A DNA stretch of 17,501 nucleotides, from NCBI GenBank assembly GCA_024626585.2, contig JANKJI020000002.1, positions 151,084,915-151,102,415 on the forward strand. Direction: 5' to 3'. The notes beneath the pieces were generated by a model. That model did not search any database. It had not been told where the DNA came from and worked only from the letters and a program-made list of their open reading frames with translations. Below are positions 1 to 11,123 of this stretch, piece by piece. The position numbers and the translations under genes are program-made. Numbering within the stretch: position 1 is the first letter of the stretch; each line of letters opens with the position of its first letter. Source of the DNA: Ginkgo biloba (lineage: Eukaryota; Plantae; Ginkgophyta).

Positions 1-499
1 TTCCTTAAGCTTTTGAAAATCACCTTGAACTAACTCTACATGTTTTATAAAATATTGACAAGAGAAGGATACTTCTTCTCTCATCGATATAACATCTTAT
101 TTACATAAGGAATATGTTTCATATGCCTCTTTTGCTTGCTCTCTTTATTTTTGAGCTTGTCCTCTCTCTTCTATCTTTACACCCTTAGATAGAAACTTAT
201 ATTCTTTTAGCAAAACCAATTTTTCTTTCATTGCACTATCCTTCTCATGCTATATTTTAATGATGGCCTTAATGGAGTCAACACTCCTTTTGGCCTCAGA
301 TTTATCATACAAGTCAATATCTTTGGCTACTTTAGTTTTTGCAAAATGGAGGAGGTATTCAAATTGCAAACTTTTTTATGTTTTCTACTTATACATCACC
401 ACCTTCTCCAAACGTACAATATTTTCTTCATGTATGATCTACTACATATGAATGAAGGTATCTATTAGAAATTTGGAAGTGATTATGGTCACTATGCTT

Positions 500-1900
500 C
501 GCGATTAGTCTTGGATAGTTTCTATCAAAATCAAGAAGGGTTTGTTTACTTTCCTAAACTTAAGGATTTCCCATATCACTATTCTATATTTTCCTAACTT
601 CCCCAACTCCTGGTCAGATGAGAGTATGTTTCCCATATCAGTATACTCATTTATTTTGACACTCTTATTGGTTGTGTATTGTGTTCCTTCTTGTGTCATG
701 ATTTCTAATTGAGCACTCTCCTTCTCTTTTGAGGATCTAGTCTTCTTATCCTTCTATCAGTCTCTTTCATACAAATGAGATAACTATTGGGTCTATTCAA
801 TTGGATTAGTGGATCTTTGTTCTTCTTGCTATATTATTGTTCCCAAATTTTCCATTGGTCCTTTCTATTGATACTAAGTAGATGTCATTACAATTGTATC
901 CTATGGTAGTATCATAATTTATTGTTCTCCCATCCCTATTTTCTCTAATTATACTTTCTCTTGTTCTTTGTTAATTTGTTGTTGTTGGGCATCATCGTCG
1001 TCTTGTTCTTCTTCTATTATTACTAGGTATTCTCCCTCTTTTATTTATTCTTATTCACCCTATGTATATTATTATTCCTAACCCTTACCCACTTCTATCA
1101 TAGGTGGGGTGTATGTTTTCTTGGTTCATTGTTGTTGGGTTTTCTTAGCTTCTTTTCTCTTTTCTCCACTGCTTCCTTTAACTTTTTTTTCCCCTCCCCT
1201 TTACTTCTTATNNNNNNNNNNNNNNNNNNNNNNNNNNNNNNNNNNNNNNNNNNNNNNNNNNNNNNNNNNNNNNNNNNNNNNNNNNNNNNNNNNNNNNNNN
1301 NNNNNNNNNNNTTCTCCTAATATGCCTCTCTCAATGGTCTTCCTAGTCCTCTTACTTTTATTCTTAGCTAATTCTTTAGCTCTGACACTTGGACCCTATA
1401 AGTGTTCACAATCTCAACTACACACCAATATCCTAAGACTTCCTCTTACACTTAGTGTTCTATTTAGTTTTGCTCAACTTGACTGCTTGCAAAAAAATGC
1501 CTCTCTCGCTGATGGGTTCCTTCTCTACTCTACAACAACAAANNNNNNNNNNNNNNNNNNNNNNNNNNNNNNNNNNNNNNNNNNNNNNNNNNNNNNNNNN
1601 NNNNNNNNNNNNNNNNNNNNNNNNNNNNNNNNNNNNNNNNNTTAGCTACAATGACTTTTTTCCATTAATGGTTTGCAATGGCTTCCCTTGTCTTGGTGTC
1701 ACCCATATTTTTGGATCCTTTATGTGTAGTTATCTCCTCATCATCCCATCATAATCTCATCTGGATGAGCTCTAAAAGTGATTGCGCTAAGTCTTTGCCT
1801 CACTCCTTCCTTCCTTCTTTCCATCAAGCCCAACATATAAATTGCTTGTCAATTTGTCCTTAATCTATGGAGGATTATTGCCATTTTGTTTTGTATTCTA
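500..1900 (-). mobile_element. Possible highly degenerate LTR-retrotransposon gag/aspartic-protease remnant
   Basis: The minus strand is strongly purine-rich. Weak retropepsin-like segments: 'IDPIVISFV*KRLIE' (~760-805; cf. LID[ST]GAxxSF) and 'LGKYRIVIWEILKFRKVNKP' (ORF 505-699; cf. D-[IV]-[IV]-LG..W...NP). Weak gag-like 'EGRSEAKT*RN' (~1785-1820). Interrupted by N runs at 1212-1311 and 1543-1641. Motif matches are poor and boundaries are uncertain. Confidence 0.3.
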
Positions 1901-3162
1901 ATTGAGAGAGTCTCTTGATGATTGCTACTATGTGGGCATGGGTTCTTGCTAAAAATAGAATCATGTAGTTGGAATCGATGGTTAAACAAATGAACTACCA
2001 CAAGACGCACACCATCATGTTGATAACATGAATTAACAATAGTTTTAACTATAATTTGATGATGGAGCAATTCATGGAGGGATTATATATCATGGACCTA
2101 AAGATTCTAAGGTCATATTTCAATTAGTTGTTAGATAATTAGTTAAATAAANNNNNNNNNNNNNNNGATTGATGAAAAGGTGCATGTTTATTAAGTGGAT
2201 TTTAATTTAATAAATTATTAAGTGTATTGGCTCATATATGTAATCATTGGTCAACTTAATTTCCTAAAGTCAACCACTGAGGATGCCTCAATCCACCACC
2301 TATTATTACTCTAGGGGCTTATGAAAATGATGTGACCACCATTCTTTTTGTGGGTCATATATTATAATGTCATTAATTTGTGCAACANNNNNNNNNNNNN
2401 NNNNNNNNNNNNGTCTAGGCAGACACTTAATTGTGTTTCTTATTTTGCATTAAAATATACACTCGTTGTCATTGATTAGTAGTTATTGGAAGAATGTGTG
2501 CATCAGTCCATTGTTAAATACATGTTTTTCTAAACACCATAAATATATTCAATAAGAATAAAAGATTAGTTAAGTACCTTACAAAATTAGTCAATATAGT
2601 TTTTTGTGATATTGTAAGTNNNNNNNNNNNNNNNNNNNNNNNNNNNNNNNNNNNNNNNNNNNNNNNNNNNNNNNNNNNNNNNNNNNNNNNNNNNNNNNNN
2701 NNNNNNNNNNNNNNNNNNNNNNNNNNNNNNNNNNNNNNNNNNNNNNNNNNNNNNNNNNNNNNNNNNNNNNNNNNNNNNNNNNNNNNNNNNNNNNNNNNNN
2801 NNNNNNNNNNNNNNNNNNNNNNNNNNNNNNNNNNNNNNNNNNNNNNNNNNNNNNNNNNNNNNNNNNNNNNNNNNNNNNNNNNNNNNNNNNNAAGGCATAG
2901 ACCTAAAATCTCTCATCTCATGTATAGTGCTTCTTATTATACTCATATGGCGCATTTCCATGCCACAATACTAATCTTCCAAAATATAATATATCAAAAG
3001 TAAATCTAGATGGAATGCACTTTGCACATGAATTTTCATGATCTCATTGTATTATTCACAATAATTTATTTTAGTCAATGGGCACACTATTTGTCTAACT
3101 GATTTAGAATTAACCCATCTTCAAAANNNNNNNNNNNNNNNNNNNNNNNNNNNNNNNAGTCC

Positions 3163-3195
3163 TTTTTTTTTTTTTTTCAAAAATGGAATTTCATT
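3163..3195 (-). other. LINE 3' end: A15 tail preceded by an AATGAA polyadenylation-like signal
   Basis: T15 on the plus strand at 3163-3177. The minus strand reads ...TTAATGAAATTCCATTTTTG(A)15, with AATGAA at 3195-3190, directly downstream of an RNase H-like segment in the same orientation. Confidence 0.65.
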
Positions 3196-4400
3196 AAGAA
3201 GAGATTCTTGATTTTGCATGTCTTACAACAATACTCGCATTACCTAATGCACCCTATAGAAAAGATGCATTATCAACAAAAGTTGTATAGAAGGGATTTA
3301 TGACAAAAGTTACTACAATATTCTAATTTCCAAAACATTTTGATAGCAAATGCATATGCAGGCTTCGAGATTGAACTAAATAATTATAAATGAGACTATG
3401 TGTTTTCGATCACCTTCATTTGTTCTCATTATGTTATTTTGAAGCGTGCATACTAACATGGTATGAAGTGGAACACCTTGGACATTTTTCTTTCCTTTTG
3501 AGTTTGAAGTTGGATTAATTCCAAATCTAGGCTTATGAAGCCTCAGAAGAAAATAAAATTTGGATTCCCAACCATTATCCAATCCATAATACACTATGAT
3601 CGTAGTCTACCATCTTAGTTTAAGATACACAAATTATAGACAAGTACATAATAGTGAGTAAAGTAATAGAACAAAAGCTCTAATCATGATCACACCCACA
3701 AAAAGAAAGATATCAAACCATCGATGATGGCTTGTTCAAGTCAGGAATGAAAGGTTGATAGAAAGAGCTATGTCCCTTGAACCCTTTGAAATTGGTAGAT
3801 TCCTTNNNNNNNNNNNNNNTGTGTATCCAAAGTCCTCCAGCTAAAATGGTTCTGAATTCGATGAGATTATAATAATCTCTCTAATGTTGACTTTCACCTT
3901 CAAGAGAGAAGCTAATTCATGTTGTATAGGGCTTCGACTCCAACTACCCCTGAAACTCTGACCATGAACAACATTAACCCATCCCTTCGACTTCTTCTCA
4001 ACCACCATCTTATAAAATATTCCTTCAAAGTCTAAGGATAGCTTCTATAAATATCCACAACTGTAACTTCACAATTACTCCCTGAATGTTCAGTGGAACC
4101 CCTATTCCTATCGTGATGGCCTAATAAAAAAAAGAACCTATGAAACTAGTGCATGAGTGGTGATATGAAACCAGGAATCCTAGATATATTTGGTTTAATA
4201 GATTTGATGTAGAATCCATGAGAATGTCTCTATAATGATGGCCATGGTCAATTCCAAATCCCACTCAAATCATCAACCCTTGGGTTTGGAAGTGTGACAC
4301 CTCTAGCTAAGATGCCATTCTTCATCTTATTCTTGATCTTGTAAAAATCCCCTTTTCTTTCATGATGTTTGTCCCACATTATTTGTGTAGAGGGTCCTTC
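3163..4400 (-). mobile_element. Degenerate L1-type LINE 3' fragment (element B): zf-RVT-like region, RNase H-like domain and poly(A)
   Basis: Minus-strand motifs in the expected order: 'IMWDKHH..GIFTRS' (~4385-4335), 'GIWN*PWP..ETFSWILHQ' (~4265-4200), 'RWWLRR..LMLFMVRVSGVVG' (~4010-3935), 'YLKL-DG' (~3630-3608), and 'LVCTLQNNIMRTNEGDRKHIVSFI' (EGD at 3417-3409; cf. RNase H-like [VI]EGDS..V[VI]), followed by poly(A). Many stops and frameshifts. Confidence 0.55.
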
Positions 4401-4479
4401 GGTGGTTTAAAAGGCCCAATATGCCACGAACCTTATATGCAAACCGAGTTGAAGAGATTTTGAAGATTTCATGATTCTC

Positions 4480-4750
4480 GTACTAGTATAATGGTTGATT
4501 GGTTGAGGTGTTGATTCAAATCTCATTTNNNNNNNNNNNNNNNNNNNNNNNNNNNNNGACGATGTTGTTGGGTGCTTGTGTATGCAAAAACTACAGGCTA
4601 TTGTCTCCATAAGTTGTTCATAGTAAGTTGGATGCACCTCGATGTGCAACTTGGAATTATTTCTATGACATTAAAAATCCCCCCTGCCCTCTTCAAAGTG
4701 ATCGATTAATCCACGGCCTTACTTCCTTTATTATTTTATCCATCCTTTCA
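4480..4750 (-). pseudogene. RNase H-like domain of LINE A (degenerate)
   Basis: 'KGWIK' (~4748-4734; cf. GW[IV]K[LI]NxDG), 'AGGFL', 'LMETIACSFCI' (cf. AExxA[IL]) and 'RFEST' (cf. ESDS), in the expected order after zf-RVT. Some plant L1 lineages are known to carry RNase H. Confidence 0.55.
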
Positions 4751-4989
4751 TAGCTATTGAATTCTACATTTGAATGAAAAGATTTCATGTGGACTCTCTA
4801 AGTGTTGAAAAAAATATCCTTAAGAATAACTGCCCACAACATCTGAGATAATTTCCCATTTGTGAATGAATTGAAAGAATCTATTCATGAATTATTTACA
4901 AGAAATATGAATATATTTTAAGGATGGATATCAAGTTCAATCCTATTTGTTATGGAACATTTCCAATATGATCTACTATTAGCACCTAA

Positions 4990-5175
4990 TTTTCACAGAG
5001 GACCACCAATAATGGTTGATCTAGGACTCTCCTTGCTTGCACATTGAACATATAGATGAGCCTTCAACCCCCAATCTATGAAAAGTTTCCTTGAATAGAA
5101 AGGCTTTATTGGCTAGCCTCCAATGGATGTAGTTTTGCCTTATTCTAGGCATTCGACTACCAAACCCAAGCCTAA
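4990..5175 (-). pseudogene. zf-RVT zinc-binding domain of LINE A
   Basis: 'WVW*SNA*NKAK/IHWRLANKAFLFKETFHRLGVEGSSICSMCKQGES*INHYWWS'. CxxC at 5050-5039 is followed by an E..H motif. Confidence 0.85.
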
Positions 5176-6180
5176 TTGACATAGTAAGGCAAAGGTATTA
5201 GGTTGTTAATTTTCTCATGTATATCTTCATAGATTCTTCTAGTTTTAAAAATATTAGCCTTTGACCCAAACCTCAAGCCTTCTTTTTTGGCCTTGCTAGT
5301 TGTCCCCATCAGCAAGTCAACTTTTCTTAGTTCCTCATTTAATTGCTCAACTACTTGAAGAAATCAATAATAAACAAAACCATTATTGTATGCAATCAAT
5401 AATGCAATTGTCTTCCACTCCTTTAGTGAGAAATCATAAAAGTATGCAACTTTNNNNNNNNNNNNNNNNNTTAATTAAGCCTAATGCTTGAAACAATTCC
5501 TTTAATTCCCAAAATTCTAACCTTTGAGAGAAATGAATGTGGCTTCGACCTCTCTTATTATCACTCCAAAAATCTGTGCACTACCTCTCATGCCTAGATG
5601 AAGGGAAAGTTTGGGTAATTATGTAATCCCAATTCTTAACTAAGAGCTTCCACACTTCTAAATCTTCCAAGGAGTTGTGGCCTTAAGCATATCCTATCAA
5701 GGGAAATCAAAATGGTATTCACTTAACTGAACTTCCTTCCATTTTCTATGATCCTCTTAGAGGAAGTCACGACATCTGTTTGCACCCCTCAATTTGGCCA
5801 GCAAATATTGATCCCTGATCCCTAGGCCTCCTTTCTATTTTGAGGTTGTTACCTCAACCCAACTCATAGGATGATACTTAGTAGGTTCATCGACCTTTGG
5901 AGCCCACGAAAACTTAATTGACATGCTTCTTGGCACTCTAAGGACACTTTTGGGGTCTAAAATTAAAGAAGCAATAAAGTTTGGCAACTGAGCACTAGTG
6001 CACTGAAATATGGTCTTCCTACCGGTTAGATTCAANNNNNNNNNNNNNNNNNNNNNNNNNNNNNNNNNNNNNNNNNNNNNNNNNNNNNNNNNNNNNNNNN
6101 NNNNNNNNNNNNNNNNNNNNNNNNNNNNNNNNNNNNNNNNNNNNNNNNNNNNNNNNNNNNNNNNNNNNNNNNNNNNAAAA

Positions 6181-7070
6181 TCACCAATATGGCTTTTCCA
6201 ATTGGTCTTCCATACTTATAATGAGGAATTCAAACTTTATCTTATTCGACATTGAGCCTGCCTCTTGGCCATAAATCTTGAAATCCTGACCCCAAGATAA
6301 AAATTTTTCTAGAGAGGGTTTCCCTAAGAGGATCAGGTCATCTACAAAGAGTTGATAAGTAACGGTTATTCTCCCAACATCCACAATGAAGCCTTCTATC
6401 AGTCCATTCTGCTTAATCTAATCGAGTAGCGACAAAAATCCTTCTATAGAAACAATGAATGAGTATTGAGAGAGAGGGAACCCTTGTTTAATCCCTTTCA
6501 TGGAAGTAACACTTTCAGAGAGTTTATCGTTAATCAAAACTACCATATTCATTATTTCAAGAAAAAACACAAACCATATTAAGTTGCAACATTCAACTCC
6601 TTTGAGCCTTAACAGGGAGAGAAGATAATCCCATTCAAGGGAGTCATATGCCTTCAATACATATTCCTTTACAAGTAGTAATCCTTTATTCTTTAGCCTT
6701 GTTGTGTGCAATGCTTCTGCAACTTGCAATTTTCCTCCCCTTCACAAAGGGTGAATGGTTGTCATCTATCAAATTATCCATGAATGGATTTAGTCTTTTG
6801 GTGATTAATCTAGCTAACAACTTAGATGATGTGTTACATAGGCTTATAAGACTCCAATTCTTGAGTAGAGAGGGCTTAGTTGATTTGGGAATTAGGGACA
6901 CCATGGTTGTATTACTAGTTGGGTGTAAATACCCTATATTTTNNNNNNNNNNNNNNNNNNTTGTACTTCAATGCTAATTTGGATAAAGTGTGGATTCATC
7001 TTAGACTAAAGTTTTCTATAAAATTCTACAAGAATTCCATCTAGCCCTAGGGAACATCACACTCCATTTC
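6181..7070 (-). pseudogene. Non-LTR reverse transcriptase domain of LINE A (frameshifted)
   Basis: ORFs 6686-6904, 6418-6729 and 6181-6384 are consecutive pieces of one L1 RT. The catalytic FADD appears as FVDD at 6348-6337. The APGPDG-equivalent 'P*GLDG' is at ~7050-7035. Confidence 0.95.
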
Positions 7071-8039
7071 TTTCAAGGATTCTTCCAATTTTGTAATTGT
7101 ACCTAGATCTAATAAGCTCTAATTGATGAGATCATTCATCGACTCGATCGAAGGAGGAAAGACCTTTGAGAAGAGAAAGGGAGATACTTTTGCTCTATGG
7201 GGAGATAAGCCCTTTGTTAAGCACATTTGTTGATAGTATCTTACTATATCTACTTTAATTTTCTCTTGTTCAATCAACAACTAACCATCTTCAGTCCACA
7301 AGGAGGAGATTCCCATAGAGTCCTTCCTTCCTTTCACTACTTCATTAAAGAACTCTATATTCTTCCATTTGACCCATTCATGGACAAACCTCCTCCAAAT
7401 TGACCCATTAGAGTTCATTTTTTATGACCCCTTCCCCAGCTCACGTGTGGGAAAGTTCATTCGATTATTGATGAATTATACTAAATTTTTTCTGGTATGT
7501 CCCTCATGGATGTACTNNNNNNNNNNNNNNNNNNNNNNNNNNNNNNNNNNNNNNNNNNNNNNNNNNNNNNNNNNNNNNNNNNNNNNNNNNNNNNNNNNNN
7601 NNNNNNNNNNNNNNNNCTCCTTTCCACCACCTCATTAAAGACCTGTGTATTTTTATCACCTTCTTTAAGCCACTTAACCTTATGGAGGTGCCTATATTTG
7701 AGCTTATCCTCATACTACAAATCTTGTAATCTTGTACACATAAGATGAGCTTTCAAATGAGATTTTAAAGCAATTAAGATACCTCTGTGATCACCCCTAA
7801 GTTGGGTTTCTACTAGCATTTCTAGGATGTGGTTCTTCTCTTATTTTAGGATAACACCTCTTTCTTTACCCCATTCCTTGATTTTATTTTTGAGGTCCTT
7901 TAAGATTTTGACCCATTTGTTGGAAGGTGAGGATTTAAAAGTATATAAACATTCAATCTCAACACACTAGGAGTCGAGCTTCTGAATAAAAGTTGTCTTG
8001 AAGGTACTTCACATCAAATTTAAAAGGAACATTCCTCTT

Positions 8040-8470
8040 ATCCTACCAACTCCTATCTGATGCAACTTGAAAAAGAATTGGGTCATGGTTTGGTATTTTA
8101 GTTGCAGTAAGAGAGATGTAGTGATGGGTAATCACTTCATCCCATAGCTACTTGGAAAGGTAAACCCTATCTAGCCTCTCTTTTACCTCAGCTTGCTTAG
8201 ACCTTTTATTTAACCAAGTAAACCTGAGAAGGCCTTGCCAATGGCTCTCTATCCAATATTGAGAGCTCCTTTAGAGCTAAAACGATCTCTCTCTATTTTT
8301 TTGCCTCTTTTCGTAACCCCCTTTTGCTTGTATGTTATACGCTCTATGAAATTAAAGTCACCAATGATCTTGGATCTATTCTTATAAAATTCTTAACCTC
8401 CTTTCCTATCTCCTACCAAAACTAAATTCTTTTGCCTCAGTTGTTAGGATTCATACGATAAATATTTAAT
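8040..8470 (-). pseudogene. AP-like (EEP) endonuclease domain of LINE A
   Basis: GDFN at 8362-8351; 'RFTWLNKRSKQAEVKERLDRVYLSK*LW' at ~8225-8140; SDH-equivalent 'NHDPILF' at ~8090-8070. Confidence 0.9.
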
Positions 8471-8653
8471 GATTTAAAGTAGCAAAGAAAAAATAAATGT
8501 AAATTCTAGATCATGCATTTAGTAATGCTATGAATTGCAATATATTTTATATGCTTTGATTGAATATGATAATGATTTAATTTTTCTAGGTATTATGACA
8601 CCCTATCCCTTTTAAACATAGCATCAGTTTTGCTAAGCTACAATACAATTATT

Positions 8654-8666
8654 AAAAAAAAAAAAA
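8654..8666 (+). repeat. A13 homopolymer at the 5' breakpoint of LINE A
   Basis: CAATACAATTATT followed by 13 A, seen directly. Confidence 0.9.
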
Positions 8667-9122
8667 TACTTTTTCCAAGAGTTTTGGTGACTCGCCAATG
8701 GATGTATATGCATAGCCTATTCTATATCGATACATGACATAATATGTCAGAATTTTAAAAAGTAGGATTAACCCTAGTTGTTTTCATTTTTCTTTTGTAT
8801 TTCTTTTTTGATCTATTAGAGTTTTCTTATAAAAATCAAAATTTTCTAATATTGTTACTTTTATTTTAATTTTACTTACCAACCTTTAGTATTGTTTTCT
8901 TGTAGAATACATGAATTTTCTACTATAGTTGTTTATATTTCTTGTATATGAAATCTAATTATGTTTTCATTATGTATTATACAAAATTTGTAAAATATGA
9001 AGGATGAAGGGTTGTAAAGTAAGGAATGTGCATAAATGGTTGTCCTCGAAAATGAATTTAACAATTTCGCTAATAGACAAGAGAATTTGCCTTTACCCCA
9101 TAATCAAGCATTTCATAAGCAA

Positions 9123-9125
<3 letters not shown>

Positions 9126-9175
<50 letters not shown>

Positions 9176-9176
9176 G
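9126..9176. repeat. Compound microsatellite (GT)14(GA)11+ running into an N gap
   Basis: GT repeats at 9126-9153, GA repeats at 9154-9176, then N at 9177-9596. Confidence 0.98.
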
Positions 9177-9596
9177 NNNNNNNNNNNNNNNNNNNNNNNN
9201 NNNNNNNNNNNNNNNNNNNNNNNNNNNNNNNNNNNNNNNNNNNNNNNNNNNNNNNNNNNNNNNNNNNNNNNNNNNNNNNNNNNNNNNNNNNNNNNNNNNN
9301 NNNNNNNNNNNNNNNNNNNNNNNNNNNNNNNNNNNNNNNNNNNNNNNNNNNNNNNNNNNNNNNNNNNNNNNNNNNNNNNNNNNNNNNNNNNNNNNNNNNN
9401 NNNNNNNNNNNNNNNNNNNNNNNNNNNNNNNNNNNNNNNNNNNNNNNNNNNNNNNNNNNNNNNNNNNNNNNNNNNNNNNNNNNNNNNNNNNNNNNNNNNN
9501 NNNNNNNNNNNNNNNNNNNNNNNNNNNNNNNNNNNNNNNNNNNNNNNNNNNNNNNNNNNNNNNNNNNNNNNNNNNNNNNNNNNNNNNNNNNNNNNN

Positions 9597-10670
9597 TAAT
9601 AATTAAGTTCTATGGTTCGATTTTAGGAAAAAAAAATCAACCAATAGAAGAGACTCAAAGGGAAAAGTGCAATTCAAACCAACACACTTGATGATTGATC
9701 ACTCGTCACCCTAAAATTATTTACTGAGAAACAAAAAGACTCCAAAAATGATATATTATCTTATTTTGTAGATGTTATGAAAGAACTTGACACAGTGTCT
9801 AGAAAAATATTATGGCAATGAATGGAACATCTAAGCATACTTGAATTTTAAGGATTGTGACTCACAAACTATATAAAACATTAGTTGCCAAAATGCAAAC
9901 TCAAGGAGGTTTTTCTAACAACGTAATAATGTTGGTGTCAACAAAGGTTGTCCCTTATCCTCTAAACTATTTGATGCCATTTGGCCTACATATTGATATA
10001 AGCATCCAATGTATAGGAGAGAAAAATGCCTTGAATTTCAACTAACAAACTCAGTGTTTAGACTCTTCCTTTATGTAGGTGATATAGTCATGTTTGCTTG
10101 AAGCATTACAAACCACCTCAAACAATTCAAAGTCTTAGAGAAGTTCTACTTTTAGTCTAGGCTCACAGTGAATGTGCACACAACAAAAATTATGATTATG
10201 AGATCTAAGCAATCAACATATTCAACCATCAATTACAAAGGAGAAATTGCAAAAGTCAAAACACATGGATATATTGGAATTGATCTCCCAACTGATTTTA
10301 GTTAAAATCTTTTCATGGAAATAAGTTCAATGGAGAGTGGAAGGTTTTATTTGGACTTGAAAATGCATGGAAAAATGCAATATTGTGCCTATGTGAAAAG
10401 AAAAGGTCTTGTTTGACATCCTAGTGACACCAATTATCTAGGTGGGTTATGAAGTATGGAGAAGTAGAATTTCACCTAAAGTATGAAAGGAAAAAGAACA
10501 AATACAAAAGAAATTTATCTTGATCATGACAAAGAGTAAAGATCATTAGTTCGATAACCCATTCTCCTCTTAGAAATTGGTAAAATCCCCTCTAGAATCT
10601 GAAGAAATAACAAAGAATTTGCAACAGATGCCCTAGGATACTTGATAGAGCATAAGGTTTCCTAGAGCAA
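9597..10670 (+). mobile_element. Degenerate non-L1 LINE (RTE/RTEX-like), RT region
   Basis: Plus-strand motifs across frameshifts: KFYGSIL, MIDH, YFVDVMKELDTVSRKILW (FVD at 9765-9773; cf. FVDFKKAFDTVPR..LW), GVNKGCPLSSKLF (GCPLS at 9946-9960), LFLYVGDIVMF (YADD as YVGD at 10072-10083), LTVNVHTTKIMIM, GYIGIDL, LFDILVTPII*VGYEVW (cf. LYGxEVW), EQIQKKFI and LLLEIG..PLE. The clade assignment is inferred from motif style. Confidence 0.88.
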
Positions 10671-10689
10671 TAAATGCAAAATATTACTT

Positions 10690-11023
10690 AGGAGGGAAAC
10701 AAACGATCAAGGGCCACTTCGTGAATGATTCTTTTCTCACTATCCATGCTAATCAAAACAAACATTTCAGAGGCTATGGGTTGCATTAATATTTTTTGTG
10801 AGGTCTTCGGCTTTGCAATCTAGTGGAAAAAAACATTGTCTTATTGGATCAACACTGATGAAATCCCTGACTAGGCTCAAGCCTTCCAATGGAAGTGGAT
10901 CAAAATAGGAGATGTCTTTAAATTCCTTGGCATCCCCTTTGGCTTTCAAGCCTCTTTGGCAAACATGTGGTAGTTCGTGCGTGACAACATAGAGAAAAAG
11001 TTGGCTTATTGGGCCACCAAACC
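10690..11023 (+). mobile_element. Internal fragment of a different L1/Tx1-type RT
   Basis: 'GGKQTIKGHFVNDSFLTIH..ISEAMGCINIFCEVFGFAI*WKKTLSYW..WKWIK*/GDVFKFLGIPFGFQASLANMW*FVRDNIEKKLAYWATK'. This contains the FADD equivalent (10718-10729), the SG..I.W.K-like motif, YLG[IV]P as FLGIP, and the KL..W segment. It ends at a 100-N gap (11024-11123). Confidence 0.87.
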
Positions 11024-11123
11024 NNNNNNNNNNNNNNNNNNNNNNNNNNNNNNNNNNNNNNNNNNNNNNNNNNNNNNNNNNNNNNNNNNNNNNNNNNNNN
11101 NNNNNNNNNNNNNNNNNNNNNNN

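Larger units (their letters stand above)
4480..8630 (-). mobile_element. Degenerate L1-clade LINE (element A): near-complete ORF2 (AP endonuclease, RT, zf-RVT, RNase H), 5'-truncated within the endonuclease
   Basis: Collinear chain of plant L1 ORF2 motifs across frameshifts: NIY..FW*EI..IIGDFN, FTWLN..KERLDRVYLS, NHDPIL, PFKFD, LKDLKNKIKEWGKE, P*GLDGILVEFY, SLIPK..NWSLISLCNTSSKLL, KAYDSLEWDYL, GIKQGFPLSQYSF, LFVDDLIL, GRKTIF..KFSW..YHPMSW..K*KGGLGIRD, FWSD, zf-RVT and RNase H. Confidence 0.95.

Noticed and set aside
1378-1392. GCTCTGACACTT as the reverse complement of a tRNA-Met primer-binding site
   Set aside because: Only a partial match to GCTCTGATACCA, with no adjacent LTR end.
1930-3125. 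AT-rich region with GTCAAC motifs as a possible LTR or promoter
   Set aside because: No termini, partner repeat, PBS or TSD could be identified, and the region is broken by several gaps.
4585-4600. 'CSFC' in ORF 4407-4649 as a zinc finger
   Set aside because: The true zf-RVT CxxC is at 5050-5039. This segment fits the AExxA helix of the RNase H-like domain better.
5255-5315. 'WGQLARPKKKA*GLG' on the minus strand resembling a second PKxxGGLG motif
   Set aside because: Another frame gives 'IFKTRRIYEDI' correctly spaced before zf-RVT, so this is the normal continuation of LINE A. The real GGLG motif is at ~5830.
9004-9691. Long ORFs 9004-9606 and 9128-9691 (likewise 1109-1645, 2587-2961 and 13113-14030)
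   Set aside because: They are open only because they run through N gaps and a microsatellite; there is no coding evidence.
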